A program made the position numbers and the translations under genes. A DNA stretch of 63,322 bases, filler included, from Folioceros fuciformis (taxonomy: Eukaryota), in the NCBI GenBank assembly GCA_049999805.1. It is 8 parts of 8 records of this genome, joined end to end, with 100 filler letters (N's around TTAATTAATTAA, not from the genome) between each part and the next. Parts side by side here need not be neighbours in the genome. Positions count along the whole stretch, not along the records: positions 36,317 to 40,783 come from JBNGIO010006032.1; positions 40,884 to 46,556 come from JBNGIO010006033.1; positions 46,657 to 60,583 come from JBNGIO010006036.1; 5 more parts are not named here. The stretch is one strand, 5' to 3'. Below the pieces are notes generated by a model. The model made no database searches. It had not been told where the DNA came from and saw only the letters and a list, made by a program, of their open reading frames with translations. Within the stretch, counting starts at the first letter, position 1, and the number at the start of each line of letters is the position of its first letter. Below are positions 37,629 through 51,396 of the stretch, piece after piece.

Positions 37629-37935
37629 AGCCAGTATTACGCCCTACTACTACGTAGTAACTCCACAGTCTTACGCCTGGGTTGTTGCAAGCTCTGGAGA
37701 TGGCGGGCTGCGAATTTACTGACAGTGGGAGGTAGATCATCAAATATGGTTAGTTGATTCTCCGTTCTTCATTGGTTCTCCCACTGCCTGAGTGCTCCCT
37801 GGCTGTCATAGGTCTGACTGGCGCGTTCACTGATGCAGAGCCTTGGTACATGTGCTCCACAAGCATGCCTTCCAGACGGTTCCATGCAGCTTGAGGGACA
37901 TTGCAGAACGTGCTACTAGCTAGGTGGTGCAGGTT

Positions 37936-38541
37936 TTATGCATCTGGTTCTAGCACTAACCCCATTAGCTTGGAGAAATTTTCATGCTTCTCTCGGGATA
38001 GCGGTTTTGTGAACAAGTGAGCTATGTTGTCATGTGTGGACACAAACTGGAGATTTGCATGCCCGTCTGAAATTACCTGCCTAATAAAATGGTCCTTGAT
38101 GTCAATATGTTTGGTCCTAGCATGCATTACCGGATTCTAGGCCAGAGCTATAGCTGACTGGTTGTCGCTTAGCAAGAGAGTTGGAGCAGGTTAAGGTTCA
38201 CCGAGGGATGCCAGCAGCTCCCTGCCGTGAAATAAGGTACTGCATTGTTACAGAGGTAAGGTCCTCGTCACCTGCAGGAGGAGCTTGTGGGTATGACATG
38301 GCATCTCCTACTAGGGTACGGCTAGGTGAGGGGTTGAGCAGGAGTTGCTCGTTAAAGAATACACTCCGTGCATGTGTTATGGCTCTAGTCTCGGGGCCTA
38401 GAAGTTAATACCCTTTGATCCCATTAGTGTAGCCTATGAAGGTGTACCATTTTGCTTTGTAATCTAGCTTAGCTTGCTGTTTTTCTCCTACATGTGCATA
38501 AGCAGGGGATCCGAAGATCCGTAGATGGTTAATATGTGGCT
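37936..38541 (-). pseudogene. Copia remnant: integrase C-terminus joined to RNase H end, RT deleted
   Basis: HLRIFGSPAYAH near 38500 and SDNQSAIALA…HARTKHIDI near 38130, only ~350 bp apart. Confidence 0.85.
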
Positions 38542-38787
38542 TGTTTCAGATTAAAGAAAAATATGCAGAAACATATTTACATTAATTGACTATATTACAT
38601 TACATTCATGCTTGTCATGTGTATGTATTCTTGATAAATAAGCCCAACTTAAACTACAGCTACTTACAAAACGGTACACCCTTTTGCTAAGCGGTGTAAC
38701 CCTAGCGAACGGGTAAGTTAAATTATTTTAAACTATAATAACTAGCCGCAATTATTAATTAGCACATATTATCCAACACTCCCACTT
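38542..38787 (-). repeat. 3' LTR (38542-38778) plus PPT
   Basis: TGTT..AACA termini, then CTCCCACTT; interrupts the integrase remnant. Confidence 0.78.
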
Positions 38788-38887
38788 GCTGATAATAATT
38801 CGGTGAAGTACACAACGACTTGTACCCCTTGCTGCTGACTCCCAGTGAGGAACTCGAACAGAACACATACTCGATTACGTTCCAGCT

Positions 38888-39758
38888 GTGAGCATCGCCA
38901 GTGAAGATGCCACCGCCTGGTACAGACACCTGTATGAAAGCTCCCGAGCTAAGGTGCGCTGCTGCAATCTGTTTCTTGTTCTTGATCACCAGGTTCCTTT
39001 GCGAACTCATACAACGGCGGATTGGAAACCTGGACGGCCGCTGGGAACTACCAAGGAGTTTCTGGAGCGCAACAAACGCGGTGTGGTGCAGACTGTTTCC
39101 AACATGGCTGGTCCCTCTGTGCCTCAGTGACGGCCATCACCACCCCCTGCGCCTGTAGAAGAAGAAGAGTTCGTGGTTTCGCCCTTTACCAGAGTGCTCA
39201 ACTTGGATGTGGCATACTACAGTGACGGCTCCAAGAGCCGCATCCAGGTACGCCTGCCAAAGCCCAAGTGTCGTGGTGAAGAGACGAAGGTTGTGACCTA
39301 TGGCACCCTGGAGTTCCCTTGCTCTCCGATCTGGTACAAAGCTTGGGTTGACTCGGAGGAACTGACGATGAAGAGAGTGAAAGTCCTCCGCTGCAGATGC
39401 TTTCCTGGGCATGTTGTTAGTCTGTACATTAAGATTACAAACCCCGTTCACTGCTTTTCACTACTGCTGAAGTTGCTGTCTTCAAGTTGCTTGTGGTTTT
39501 ACTGACTGCTCCCACTTGCTGTGGACAGAGTCCACTAGGCGTATTAGGGAGGAGTGGAAGATGTTGGAAGAAGCGAGAGCGACTGGTGATGAAGCCAAGT
39601 ATAAAGAATTGTGCCGCCTGAAGCCTTGCAAAGACTGGGCGCCCGATGCCTCCTTCAAGACTAGAGATGAGTCTACCTTTGACACTGTTGAGGCTGGAAC
39701 TGAGATAGTATTAGACATGATATCTGATTCTGATAACTCAGTCTCCTCGGGCTTTTAG
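38888..39758 (+). pseudogene. Candidate antisense ORF in the Copia 3' region
   Basis: ORFs at 38888 and 39173 are in one frame split by a single stop; ORF 39516-39758 ends 11 bp from the pol stop. Confidence 0.5.
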
Positions 39759-39769
39759 AAGTAGATGGT

Positions 39770-40783
39770 TTACTCTGAATTGGATAGGAGTGCTTCTGCA
39801 TCTCCTATGCCCAAACGTTGCATGTGCTTAAAGTGTAATTCTCTGCTTAAGGCTTTCGTCAATATGTCTGCTGGATTATCCTGCGTCGGGACATATTGTA
39901 AATCTATTTTGCCTTCATTCACGAGCCCCCGTATGTAGTGGTATTCTACCTCTACATGCTTCGTTCTCGAATGAAGAACTGGATTTCTCGCCAAGGCCAT
40001 TAAGCCTTGATTGTCAGTATGTATAGTGATGCACGTTGGTATTTGAATACCTAGCTCCTTAAATAGCAATTGACACCAAACGATTTCCTTTGCAGCCGCG
40101 GTCAGGACCCGATATTCTGCTTCCGTTGAAGACAAAGCAACTGTTGGTTGCTTTTTGCTTGACCAACACACTGGACCTGCTGCTATGGAAATCACATATC
40201 CTGAAACCGACTTTTTGCTGTCGATATCACCGGCATAGTCCGAGTCTGTAAAGACTTCAAGGTCCAAGGGCTGTCCTTTTTTATGCTTATACGTAATCCC
40301 TAACTTAGATGTACCTTTCAGGTATTTGAATGCACGCTTAAGACTTGTCCAGTGCTATACACCTGGATTTTCCAGAAACTGTGACAATACACTCGTAGTG
40401 TAAGCAATCTCTGGTCTTGTTGTATTACTGGCGTATATCAACTTGCCAACACCCTGTCTATAGGGTATGTTTTTCACTTGTGCCTTTTTGTCTCTAGTTA
40501 CAGGTGACATGGTCTTGCTTAGTTTTTGACCCGCTGCCATGGGCGTTGATGCAGGCTTAGCATCCTTGAGGCCAAGCTGCTCGACACAATCCAAGAGGTA
40601 ACGTGGTTGAGTCAGAGTCATGACCCAAGTCTTCCTGTTCCGTTGGATGTGTATCCCTAGGCAACTCTATAGGGGGCCTAAACAGGACATCTTGAATTTG
40701 GTGGCCAATACATCAGTTATACTTGTTATGAATGCTTGGCTGTTACTGGATAGTATCAAATCGTCCACATAGACTGCTAGGTA
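39770..40783 (-). pseudogene. Copia RT C-terminus and RNase H, related to 3865-5342
   Basis: YVDDL, TRPEIAY, WSSKKQPTVALSSTEAEY, ADILTK. Confidence 0.95.
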
Positions 40784-42107
40784 NNNNNNNNNNNNNNNNN
40801 NNNNNNNNNNNNNNNNNNNNNNNNNNNTTAATTAATTAANNNNNNNNNNNNNNNNNNNNNNNNNNNNNNNNNNNNNNNNNNNNTTTGGTAAGGGCGAATC
40901 CAATGGCCTTGAATTTTGTTGACCAGCTACGGAAGTGCATAGTATGTTGGTCGACGAAATCTCCCTCTTGCGTGCGCAGGCCGAAGAAGTGTGTACGGTG
41001 TGCATAATATTATATCGTGCAATTGCTGCTAGGCAGCTGCTGCAGTGTTTGTGTTTTTGATTTGTTGGACATTCCCATGACGCATAGCCTGGATGATCAC
41101 GTTGTGTGCTTGTTGATTGGCGTCTTCCCAGTCCTCCTTTTCTTTTGCTGTTCCGTTGCTTGGGTAGGCTATGGGAACAGGGGGGTTGCTGACAAAATAA
41201 AATAATGCAGCATAAAATCATATAAACACTCTCATGATATTAATTGTATATATTCAGTTCCAAAAGAAAGTTACTATATATGCTTGTCCTTCATCTATAT
41301 TTTTGTTACATGTAGCTGACCTTAAATATTGCCATGACCTAAAAAAAAACCAAAAGACACACCCCTTTAATTTCTTAGCGAGTATCGGTTTATTTTATAC
41401 ACGCTTTCACACTCCCTCTTAAACCAAAACGAGCGGTGTACCACGGATGAGAAGCTTGCCATTACTGCCCAGCTACTCCACAAGTGGAAATAATCACTGC
41501 GTTCTCATCGTGAGCGCGATGGTGCCAAGGCACTGGCTTCCACTAGAAATACCGGCTGCTATCAAGATGTTTAGCGAAGGCGCGCATCTTCACGAGCATC
41601 AAGATGACAACCAAGAGCGAGGAACGTTCTCATGCCAAGGGCAACCATCACGGCAAAAAACGGGCAGTGAGGGAGGAGGAGCCTGCAAGTCCAAACCTTG
41701 TAGTGCGGCTATCACAGTTGCTGCAATCAGGTACGCCATCACCAAAGAAAAAAAAAAATTCCAGCTACAGTTGTTCCACAATAGGTGATTAAATATCTAG
41801 CTTCAGCTTCATCCACGTGCTGTGGAAAATCAGTCTATGCCATGGTCCCAACATGGCTTTCTGCTTCATGTGTAATTATGCTCACAAAATGGTGTCTTGT
41901 GTCACAAAAAAAAAAAACAATGATGCCGGGCCTTCATCCAAAAACAATTTCCAGGGCACGACTTCAAGTCCTTGTGACACACTGCTCTCAAGAACAAAAG
42001 TAGGCACCATGTCTTTTTCTGCTCTTGTACTCCCTATGCTCTACGGCTTGTAAATCATTTGGATAGCTTCTATATAACAAAACCAGCTGGCTGGGCTCAG
42101 GGAAGGA

Positions 42108-45100
42108 CTAGGTGCTGTGAAAATAACTGTAAAAATTAATCAGGCCTAGGCCCTCCATGTGCTGATAGTGTTTAGCCTTGGGAAGGCCTTTAGTTAATAT
42201 GTCAGCTGTGTTATCATCAGTGGGAACATAACCCACTGAAGCTATTTTCCTTTCAACCACATCTCTAATATAATGGTGCTGGATTTCGATGTGTTTGGTT
42301 CTGGCATGATATTTAGGATGAACAACTAAATCAAGGGCGGACATGTTGTCACATAATAGGGAAGTAGGTTCTTCTTGGCATTGTCCCAAATCAGCAAGAA
42401 AGGTTCGTTCCCATTCCAGTTCCTTTGAAGCTTCTGTTAGGCTCTTGTATTCTGCCTCAGTTGATGACAAAGCAACTGAGGCTTGTTTCTTACTGCTCCA
42501 GCTGACAGCAGCAGAGGAGAGCAAGAAGCAATAAGCAGAGAGGCTTCGTCTTGAGTCATTGTCTGATGCCCAATCGGCATCTGTAAAACTTGTAAGGGTA
42601 AGTCGGCCTGTTCCTGTTGATTTATATGCTAAACCATAAAACTCTGTTCCCTTCAGATACCTAAGCACCCTCTTGGTTGCTATCCAGTGCACCCGACCAG
42701 GGTTTTCAAGAAATTGTGATAATGTACTAATTGCATATTGTATATCAGGGCGCGTCCAGTTTGCGATAAATAGAAGGCTTCCTACAGCCTGTCTATATGG
42801 GACTGTCGCCATCTCCTTAATTTCATCATGTCCTTGTGGACACTGCAGACTGGTGAGTTTAGTCCCTAAAGCTAAGGGGGTTATTGCTGGACGTGCTTGT
42901 TCTAACTTGAAACGTATCAGCATCTCTTGTATATACTGGTATTGATGTATAATTAATAGCCCTTCAGATCTGACTCTAAGTAATTGAATACCAAGACAGA
43001 ATTTGAACTCGCCAATATCTTTCATTTCAAATTTGCTACTAAGCATTTCCTTTACATGTGCTAATAATGACTGATTATTTNNNNNNNNNNNNNNNNNNNN
43101 NNNNNNNNNNNNNNNNNNNNNNNNNNNNNNNNNNNNNNNNNNNNNNNNNNNNNNNNNNNNNNNNNNNNNNNNNNNNNNNNGCCATGTACAGGTCTTCGTC
43201 CAAAGCACCGTAAAGATAAGCTGTACATACATCCATTTGCTGTAGATCGAGGTCAAACTCAGCAGCCAGTGCGAGTATCATCCTTATGGACTGCGCTCTA
43301 ACAACAGGAGAAAATGTTTCCTGGTAGTCCAAACCCTCAACTTGAGTAAAACCTCGTGCTACGAGCCTTGCCTTGTACCTTGCTATTTCACCTTTAGCGT
43401 TCAATTTCAGTTTAAAAACCCACTTACAGGATATTGGTTTCCTTCCTTTGGGCAGGTCAACAAGGGTCCAAGTGTTATTTTTGACGAGCGAATTGTATTC
43501 ATCGTCAACAACAAATTTCCACTTATCTTTCTCAGGTCCTGAATAAGCTTCTGTAAGTGTCTTGGGCTCCAGATGAATTGTGCTAGAAGCTGAATTACAT
43601 ATTTCAGCATATGATGTTCGAAAATCAATTGAATTATATCTTGGTTCCCTCCACTGTTCAGGAGGGGGTCTGTGTCGAGTAGAACGTCTCAAAGGGGGAT
43701 CTGGATCCGTATCGGGAGTGGCTTGCATGGGTTGAGGTAAATCCTGCACTTCATTTTCTGGAAATAACTCCTCTCCCTCTGCAGCTGGAACTCCCTCTGC
43801 GGCTAGAGCAGGAGCATTATCCTCAAGATGATCTTGGTGTTCTACTGCAGGTGGTATGGGTGCAGCAATTTCCTCATCAGGAGGTTGCTGAATGTCTTGA
43901 TTATCCCGCAGAGATGTCAGGACAAGGGTGGAGTCGTCATCATTAGCATCATCAGAGGGATAAGTAGCATCAGCAGGATCTGCAGCGGAAGTAGAAAAAG
44001 GTATTTCTCCTGAGGGCGTGTGATGTAGCAACTGATCTGAAAAAGTTGGTTGTGTAGTCTCAAGAAATGTAACAGAACGTGCTAACACCGCTCTCTTATT
44101 TACAGGGTCATACAGTTTGTATGCCTTGGATTGCTCGCTATAGCCCAAAAAAATTAGGGCTTGGGCTCGAGGATCCAATTTACGACGTTTCTTCCCCGGA
44201 ACGAGAGCAAAAGCCCTTGAGCCAAATACTCGAAGGTGAAGTAAACTTGGCTTACGACGCCACATGGCTTCATATGGAGTCTGAGAAGTGAGTGAACTGG
44301 TAAACAATCTATTTAAGATGTAAGTTGCAGAAACAATTGCTTCGGCCCAGAAGGTCTGTGGCAATCCAGCCCACAACAACATACTTCTGGTCATAGCAAG
44401 TAATGTCTGATTTTTCCTTTCGCCAACTCCGTTTTGTTGAGGGGTATAGGGAACAGTGAGCTGACGTTGAATCCCACGTTCCTGCAGGTAGGAATCAAAT
44501 GCGTCACTCACAAATTCTGTCCCGTTATCAGAGCGGAGACATTTAAGTTGTTTGCTAGTCTGTCATTCTACCATCTGCAACCAGTCTTGAAAAATTGTGA
44601 AGGTGTCATTTTTCAGGTGCAATGGATAAGTCCATGTATATCTGGAGAAATCATCGGTAATACATAGGTAATAAATTGCTCCCCCTAGTGAAGCAACCTG
44701 AATTTTCCCAGAAATATCAGCATGGACCAGTTCTAAAACTTCTGTAGCACGATAGGATGCTGTTGATGGGAATGGTTGTTCTTTTTGCTTGGCCATTATA
44801 CAGGCTTCACAGGTAGGCATCTCCTTGAAGACTTGAGGTAACCTTTCCTCATGGCAATCTTGTAAAGACATATCCAATAACTTACGTTTATTGATGTGTC
44901 CTAATCTTGCATGCCACATGACAGCAAGTTGCGCAGATTGCTTGGAAACAGCAGCAGCCTTGTGCTGAATAGTAGAGACGTCTAATTTGTACAGGCCATG
45001 TTCTAGCACACCTTTGAACACTGGAAAGCCAGGTTTAAGTGTGTGATAGAAGATACAAACCCTTTCAGTGGCTTGCATCTCATATTTACTTGTCTGCATG

Positions 45101-46386
45101 AGTTTGCTTAAGGAAAATAGGTTCTTAGCCATGGATGGGACATAAAGTACATCCTCCAAGGTAAGCATAGAACCATCATGCAACATAAATTTGCAAGTAC
45201 CACTACCCTGTACAGATAGACTAGTCCTGTTTGTTTCATCACCCAACAGGACCCTCTCATTTGTGTATGCAGAAGTAAATTCATAGAACTGGTTTTTATT
45301 TTTGTAGATGTGTGAAGTCGCTCCAGAATCTAAATACCAATTATCCTCTGGAGGAAAAATATGGGCCGAACAAACTGTAAGGATCTTCACTATTGGTTTG
45401 GTGTCACCTTGAGTTTTAGGTTTGGCTGATACAGTTGCTACAGTCTTTTGTACACGTTGTTGCTCACCTGCTTTTTTCTTTCTGCAGTCTCTTGCCCAAT
45501 GCCCTGCAACTCCACACCAGTGACAGTTACCAGGGCGTTTTGTTAATGTAGAAGGTCGACTGTTAGAACTGGTAGACATCTTCCCTTTGCCTTTAAAAAA
45601 TCTTTGATTAACTGCTAGTATTTTTTCAGATTTACTCTTAGGAGTACCCTGTGAGAATACACGGCTTTGCTCCTCCTGGTACAGAGCCCCAATCACGTCT
45701 TCTAACGTGATTGTACTTGTACTTCCAGAGGCTGCTGAAGCACTAGCCTGGCGTATCGGGCCATTCTGGCTAGTTACAAAAGACTGGTACGATGGGGGAA
45801 GTCTCGTTAACAACTCTGCCACAGCATCAACTTCAGACATTGAAATGCCTGTCAAGGAAGTTATCTGTGCCTTCAGGGTCCTGAATTTACTGGTAAATAC
45901 AGCAACCCTGTCTCCTTCTTTCATTCGAAGATTATAGAATTCATGTTTGAGAGCGCATAATGTCAAAACATTCTTGACCTGGTATGTCCTCTTAAGCTGA
46001 TCCCATATGTCCGATGCATTTGTTAGGAACTCCACTTCAGGTACTAAATCAGCATCCAGTCCTGCTACTAGGAGAGCGACTGCAATGCCATTCAATTCCT
46101 CCCATTCTGCTATTTTCTCAGCTGTTGGGGCAGGTACCATATTTGGGTCTGGTTTCTTGTATGTACCATTCACTATACTCCAGACATGTCTAGCAGTCAA
46201 TGTGGCTTTCATACATATCCGCCAAACAGGGTATTTGGTACCGTTGAAACGGTCTTTTTCTTTCAGTTCTGAAGTGTAGGTTGCCTTAGGTGTACTTGCC
46301 ATATTAATAGATGCAATTGGATTCAGTGTCAAGCTTTGTCAGCTGTGAATGACAGAATCTAACGCATTTATGAATCCAGTGGTCAT
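42108..46386 (-). mobile_element. Nearly intact Copia gag-pol (family B)
   Basis: ORFs 44563-46332 and 43075-44511 are in frame across one TGA; RT/RNase H continues across the 100-N gap to 42108; PPT complement CTCCCTCTT at 41412-41420 with an AT-rich LTR-like block to its left. Confidence 0.95.
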
Positions 46387-46896
46387 AAAGCTTAGGACAA
46401 ATACAACTAGAAACTATGGTTCCTAATCTTTCGGATGTTCTAGTCTATCAGCAGGTTTCTAGGGAAAACATTCATTGGAGGGGTCAGGCTGGTGAGAGAA
46501 CGGCTCACAGGAGCCTCGACCTCAACTTCCTGACCTTCTCACTGAATTTTACCCCTNNNNNNNNNNNNNNNNNNNNNNNNNNNNNNNNNNNNNNNNNNNN
46601 TTAATTAATTAANNNNNNNNNNNNNNNNNNNNNNNNNNNNNNNNNNNNNNNNNNNNACCCTATGGCCTGGTACCGAACCTAAACCTTCCCAGGTCTGGGA
46701 CCAAACCTATACCCACTCTTATAACCAAACCAACTATTTCCTAGTCAATTAACCTAATTAGCACAAAGAAAATAGGAAAAATGACCAGAAAATCAAGGAA
46801 AATTAGGGAAAATAAGGTTAAAAAGAAAACCAAACCATACCACTATTAACCCTTTTTCAACCAAAACAAACTACTACCCCAAACTTTGGAGGTTCA

Positions 46897-47197
46897 TATT
46901 ATCTTAAGACTAACCTTGGAGCGGTATCCTCAAGATGATGAAGAGATTGAGGCCCTGTCTACAGTTCCTTATTGCCATGTCCTTGGGTCCCTGAATTATG
47001 TTAGCTGCTGGACTCGTCTCAACATCCAAAAGGTTGTCAGCATAGTCTCACAGCTCTTGGAAAAACCTAGCAAGAAGCATTGGAGAGCTTTCAAGCGTAT
47101 CTTGCATTACCTCAAAGGAACCTCAACATATGGATTGTGCTTTAGAGGAGATTCATCAGCTTCACCAATCACCTTGCAAGGCTATGTTGACACTAAT
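46897..47197 (+). pseudogene. Copia RT/RNase H junction fragment
   Basis: VPYCHVLGSL, WTRLNI, HWRAFKRILHYLKGT, LQGYVD. Confidence 0.88.
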
Positions 47198-47407
47198 TGT
47201 AAAGCAAGTGCGGATCATTAAGGGGCACAAGCGGGTACGAGCAAAAGCATGAGAGAGCAGTAGAGAAGAATGAAAAACGGTTATTATGTTCACTAGAAAT
47301 CACTAAATATATACAATGGTGATAAGTTTGTTGTAACTATTCATAAAAGTACTAAAGCACATTCAACCTAACGTATAGGTGAATTAACTATTTCTTCACT
47401 CCCTCTT
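47198..47407 (-). repeat. 3' LTR (47198-47398) plus PPT
   Basis: TGTAAA..CTTCA then CTCCCTCTT; truncates the RNase H fragment. Confidence 0.72.
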
Positions 47408-49119
47408 AGTTGCAATGAACAGACTAAGGTAGAACATGAAGATAATAATATTGTCTTAAAAACAAGAACCCTGATTCGGGTTCAGGACAAAACTGAAAAG
47501 GAATCTACTTGAGATTCAATGTGCCATTTGTTCCTTGACCGCCTGCTCCTCATGACCGGCAAGTTGTTACACTCCTCGCTCCTCTATCTTCTGGCCTGCC
47601 TGTTGCGCTCCAAAATTCAGCTACAAATACCATGGCGCTCCACACCTCCATCTTCAAAGTCTGTGATCTAGCTGCTGTCCTCCTAGGTTGGTTTGCAATC
47701 TGCCTCATATGGATTTAGCTGCTAGGCTATAAGCACTGCTGCTTACTCACTGATGAACCTCTGACAAAGGTTCCCAATGGAGTTGAGTGCATTCACTATG
47801 GAAGGGAGTGGATACCTACTTCCAAATACTCTCCTTGACACTGGACTCTACACAGCTCTATTTGCCAGCACCCACCTACAGACATCGACACTCCCAAAAC
47901 AGCAGAGCAGCAAGCCTTAAAGGGCTACAACAAGGTATACTTGAAGACCTGGACACCAGCTGGCGACAAGGTTCAGCCTTACGGTCGTCACTCTCCACAC
48001 CTGGGCCTTATGACATTTCTGCACATGCCAAAGCCAGCCATACCGATGGACTCCATAGCTCGGCCACGCTCAGCCACCGTCGCGGTCTGTCGACAATTGT
48101 TCAGCACTCTTCCACAACCTGACTTCAAACAACCCTTCCCACAGTGCGCACACCACGTAACTTACCTGGCACGTGCAATTGTTCCACATATAGGCACTTC
48201 TCCAGGCCTCAGTCACACCACACACTGGACTTCCCCGGTCACTCACCATTCCCAACTCGTTCACCCACAGGCCACTCGCGACGACTCTAAGCTTCGCCCA
48301 ATTTCCAGACACTCACACACAACACCTTTCGCCACAAACTCAACAACCTCCACGCGCACCTCCACACACAGGCGCTGACTCTGGCTAGCTCTTCTCACGG
48401 CTCACATACACACGCATACACACACTCTAGTCTCAACGTTACTCACCTATGCCACCTCGCGCAGGTACTCATCATCCGCCCCACAGCTTGGTCACCACTT
48501 CGGCTGTCCTTCAGCCTCGCCACCCCCCTGCAGCCACCTTGCCATGGTTTCATCCTTCCACTTCTCACCTCTAGCTTACACATGCTCTTCAACTTCGTTC
48601 TCCACTCACTCTCATCTTCAGTCACTTCGTCTCAAACTCTCCTCCTCTCAGCGCACTTCTCCACTCAACTTCCTCCTCTTCTTTGCAACACACTTCACTC
48701 CTCAGTAGTATAAGTGCGGACCCGACGTCAGGGAATAAGGGAAGTGAAAGCCCCTTCCACTTTGCAGTTGGCGGATTCGTCCCCTTCCACTCTCACCGCA
48801 CACACAACGAGTTGGTACCAGGGATAGCAAGGAAGACATCTTCCACTCGGTGAGGGTTCTCCTCCCGATCCGTCCCCTGAGCCTCTTTGTCGTGGAGCAA
48901 CCAAACCACCATGTCACCACTTAGGAATGTTGTGCGCACTCAATTGCTCGGATCTCCCTATCTGGCAGCGGTTGTCACCAGCCTTCCTCAAGTCGGGAAT
49001 GTCAATTTTTTGCTACGTTGTGAGGCGCCAACAAGCCTCTTGTACATGCTGGTGGCCGGTCCACTCTCGCCATTAAGTCCGGTCTATGGCAGTAGGCGCT
49101 CTTAATTATGAGCGGCATT

Positions 49120-50994
49120 AGGTCCAAGAAAAAGCATCTTCTAAGGATTCTAAGGAATTCTATTATAGGATGCATTTACTCTCGCCTCTCCTTGCAGCAC
49201 TTGCCTCCTGCTTGGCCGTCGTGCTCCTCCTCTCGCTTTCCCGCCTCTAGCTCTCCTAACTTGCCGTTGGTCAGGCAAATCTCTACCCCACTGCTGCTGC
49301 TGCTAGGTGCTCCCAACGGCGGTGTAGGTGGGTCTCGTCACGGGGAACGCCTTCCCTCTTCTCGTCGCTTGTTGCTGAGGATGAGCATCGGCTCCCGTTC
49401 GACCCACGCCTACGCCTCCTCCTCTATCAGCTCCACTAGGACTACCTCTGAGTAGAAATGAGGCAATCCCCACACTCGCTGGCAGTAGTAGTAGGACCCC
49501 TTGCGGGTCCTCAGTTGTAAGCCGTAGCCCCTCGTCCCTCCTAGGCCCACATGCACATATAAAATCTGCTTTAGAACACAACTCCTTCCACATCGAGGCC
49601 AGGCACATAAGTGGCCTCCTCCTCATAGTGCAACACAATCCCACCCTCTGTTGCAAAGGAAGCGCTTACCCCCTCCTCCCGTGGGCTACTTCGGGCTGCC
49701 TGCCCTCTGCTCTCTAGGGGCACTAGAGGATCTTCCATCCCCCCAGCTACTGCTCTTCCTTGCTTAGTCCTCCTAGTGCGGGTTGCCCTTCCAGACCGGC
49801 GGATTGCAGGTCCCCCCACAGTTGCCTCTTCAACTACCGGGGTCGGGCCTTCCTCTATCGGCATTGTTTCTCTCCTACCGGTAGTGTCTTCAGCTACCTC
49901 TGTTGTCGCTTGACTACCTCGCCTAGCTCTGCCCTTCCCCTTCACCCAATTCCGGGCCTCGTCTTGCTGCCGCTTGTACCTTTCAGCCAGCTTCCACACT
50001 TGCTTCACCGCAGCCGCTTCTTGTTCCTAGGCCCTTACTAGCTCATGTTGCATTTCTTGGTTAGTCTCATGGGCCTCTCTCACTTGAGCTAGAAGCGTCT
50101 CCTACTGCTCCTTCAATGCCTGCACTTCTTCTCTCACTTGACGGGCTTCCTCCTCTGCTCGTTCCTTGGCCGCGCTTAAAGTCTGTCAGACTTCCTCCAG
50201 GTGCTGCCGTTCCGCTTCAGACTCGGCCAAGTTCTCCCTGGCTTTGGCCTCCTTCTCTGCCTGCATGCTCAGCCAGGTTAGTGCCCTAGCAGCCTGATCC
50301 AGCATATGTACCTTGGCCTACACCATCGCTGAGGTCAGGCCTAGCAGGTCGACTTGCTGCGACTCCCCCATAGGAGCCATCCTCCTGTCCAAGATCTGCC
50401 TCCCTAGCAGCGCCCGTAACCTATCCAAATCCTCCGTCTACAGCCTGGCAACCAAAGGGATTCTTCTAAAATTTTCTTCCAGGGTTCCTTTTCTCGAACG
50501 TGCCCTAATTCAACCATTACTGCAGATGGGGCCATTTCTACTTCTTGCACCCTCTCCTGAGGTGCCTCTGGTTCCTTCTCAACCCGATCCTAGACAGCCT
50601 CCTGCTATGCTGACCCACTCCCTCTCTTAGCGACCTGCCTACCAGTCGTCCTCCTTTTGGCAGGAGTCCTTTGTCTTGTCCCTGCGTTCCTTTTATGCCT
50701 GGTCGGGGTTTCCTCCTCTGAACTCTCCGTGCCTCCCGACTCTCAGCTGCTAGAGTCGACTTCCTTTGACTCCACGGGCTTCCACTTCACCTCCCTGAGT
50801 GGCTTCCACATGTGTAGGGAGGCAATTACTTCTACTTCAGGTAGGAGGTTAGCATAGCAATAGGTGTGTACCAAAAAAGGAGAAATCATAGAAGGACGAG
50901 GGGAGGCTGAGGCCAAGTTCTGCCCCTCCTCACTCATCCTGTCGTACAGGATCCTACCCCAATCCACCCGACTGCCCTTAACTTCCTCATGCAT
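49120..50994 (-). pseudogene. Accessory ORF, C-terminal part, same family as 15342-16235
   Basis: VDWGRILYDRM…SPFLVHTYCYANLL near-identical to the 15290-15739 ORF, followed by an E/R/K-rich coiled-coil-like stretch; left end approximate. Confidence 0.75.
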
Positions 50995-51174
50995 TGTAAA
51001 TATCTAGGAATAGACTAGACACTTTTGCTCATAATAGCAATTCAATTAATAATAGAACATAGTAGAGTTTAAATACTCAAAAGTATGGATAATCCTAATC
51101 AGGGTTACACCTAAGTATAAATGTATATGTAACCTAAGCAAGTTAAACTAATAAATACTTCAACAGTCCCTCTT
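50995..51174 (-). repeat. 3' LTR (50995-51165) plus PPT
   Basis: TGT..AACA then GTCCCTCTT; truncates the accessory ORF. Confidence 0.75.
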
Positions 51175-51396
51175 GACTTGTGAGGGTTACAGCAAAGAGC
51201 CTTAAAGGCGCACGCTTGACTTGAGCGCCCAACTCGAACAACTCCCTCTCGTGACTGTCGCTTAGGCTGCCTCAATAATGGCAAACGCCCTTGAAATATC
51301 AAGCTCAGCTATGGAGGGAACAACTGCAGTTGTCTTGCTTGCGATTCTAGATTCAAAGGTAGATTGTGATGGAAGAAATTTAGTAGCTCAAAGAGG

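Noticed and set aside
40884-41190. Cys/His-rich minus-strand frame as a host zinc-finger exon
   Set aside because: Too short, next to a spacer and without canonical spacing or splice support
41447-42053. Plus-strand ORFs in the 3' region of the 42108 Copia as another antisense gene
   Set aside because: Fragmented across frames by poly-A runs with no coherent reading frame
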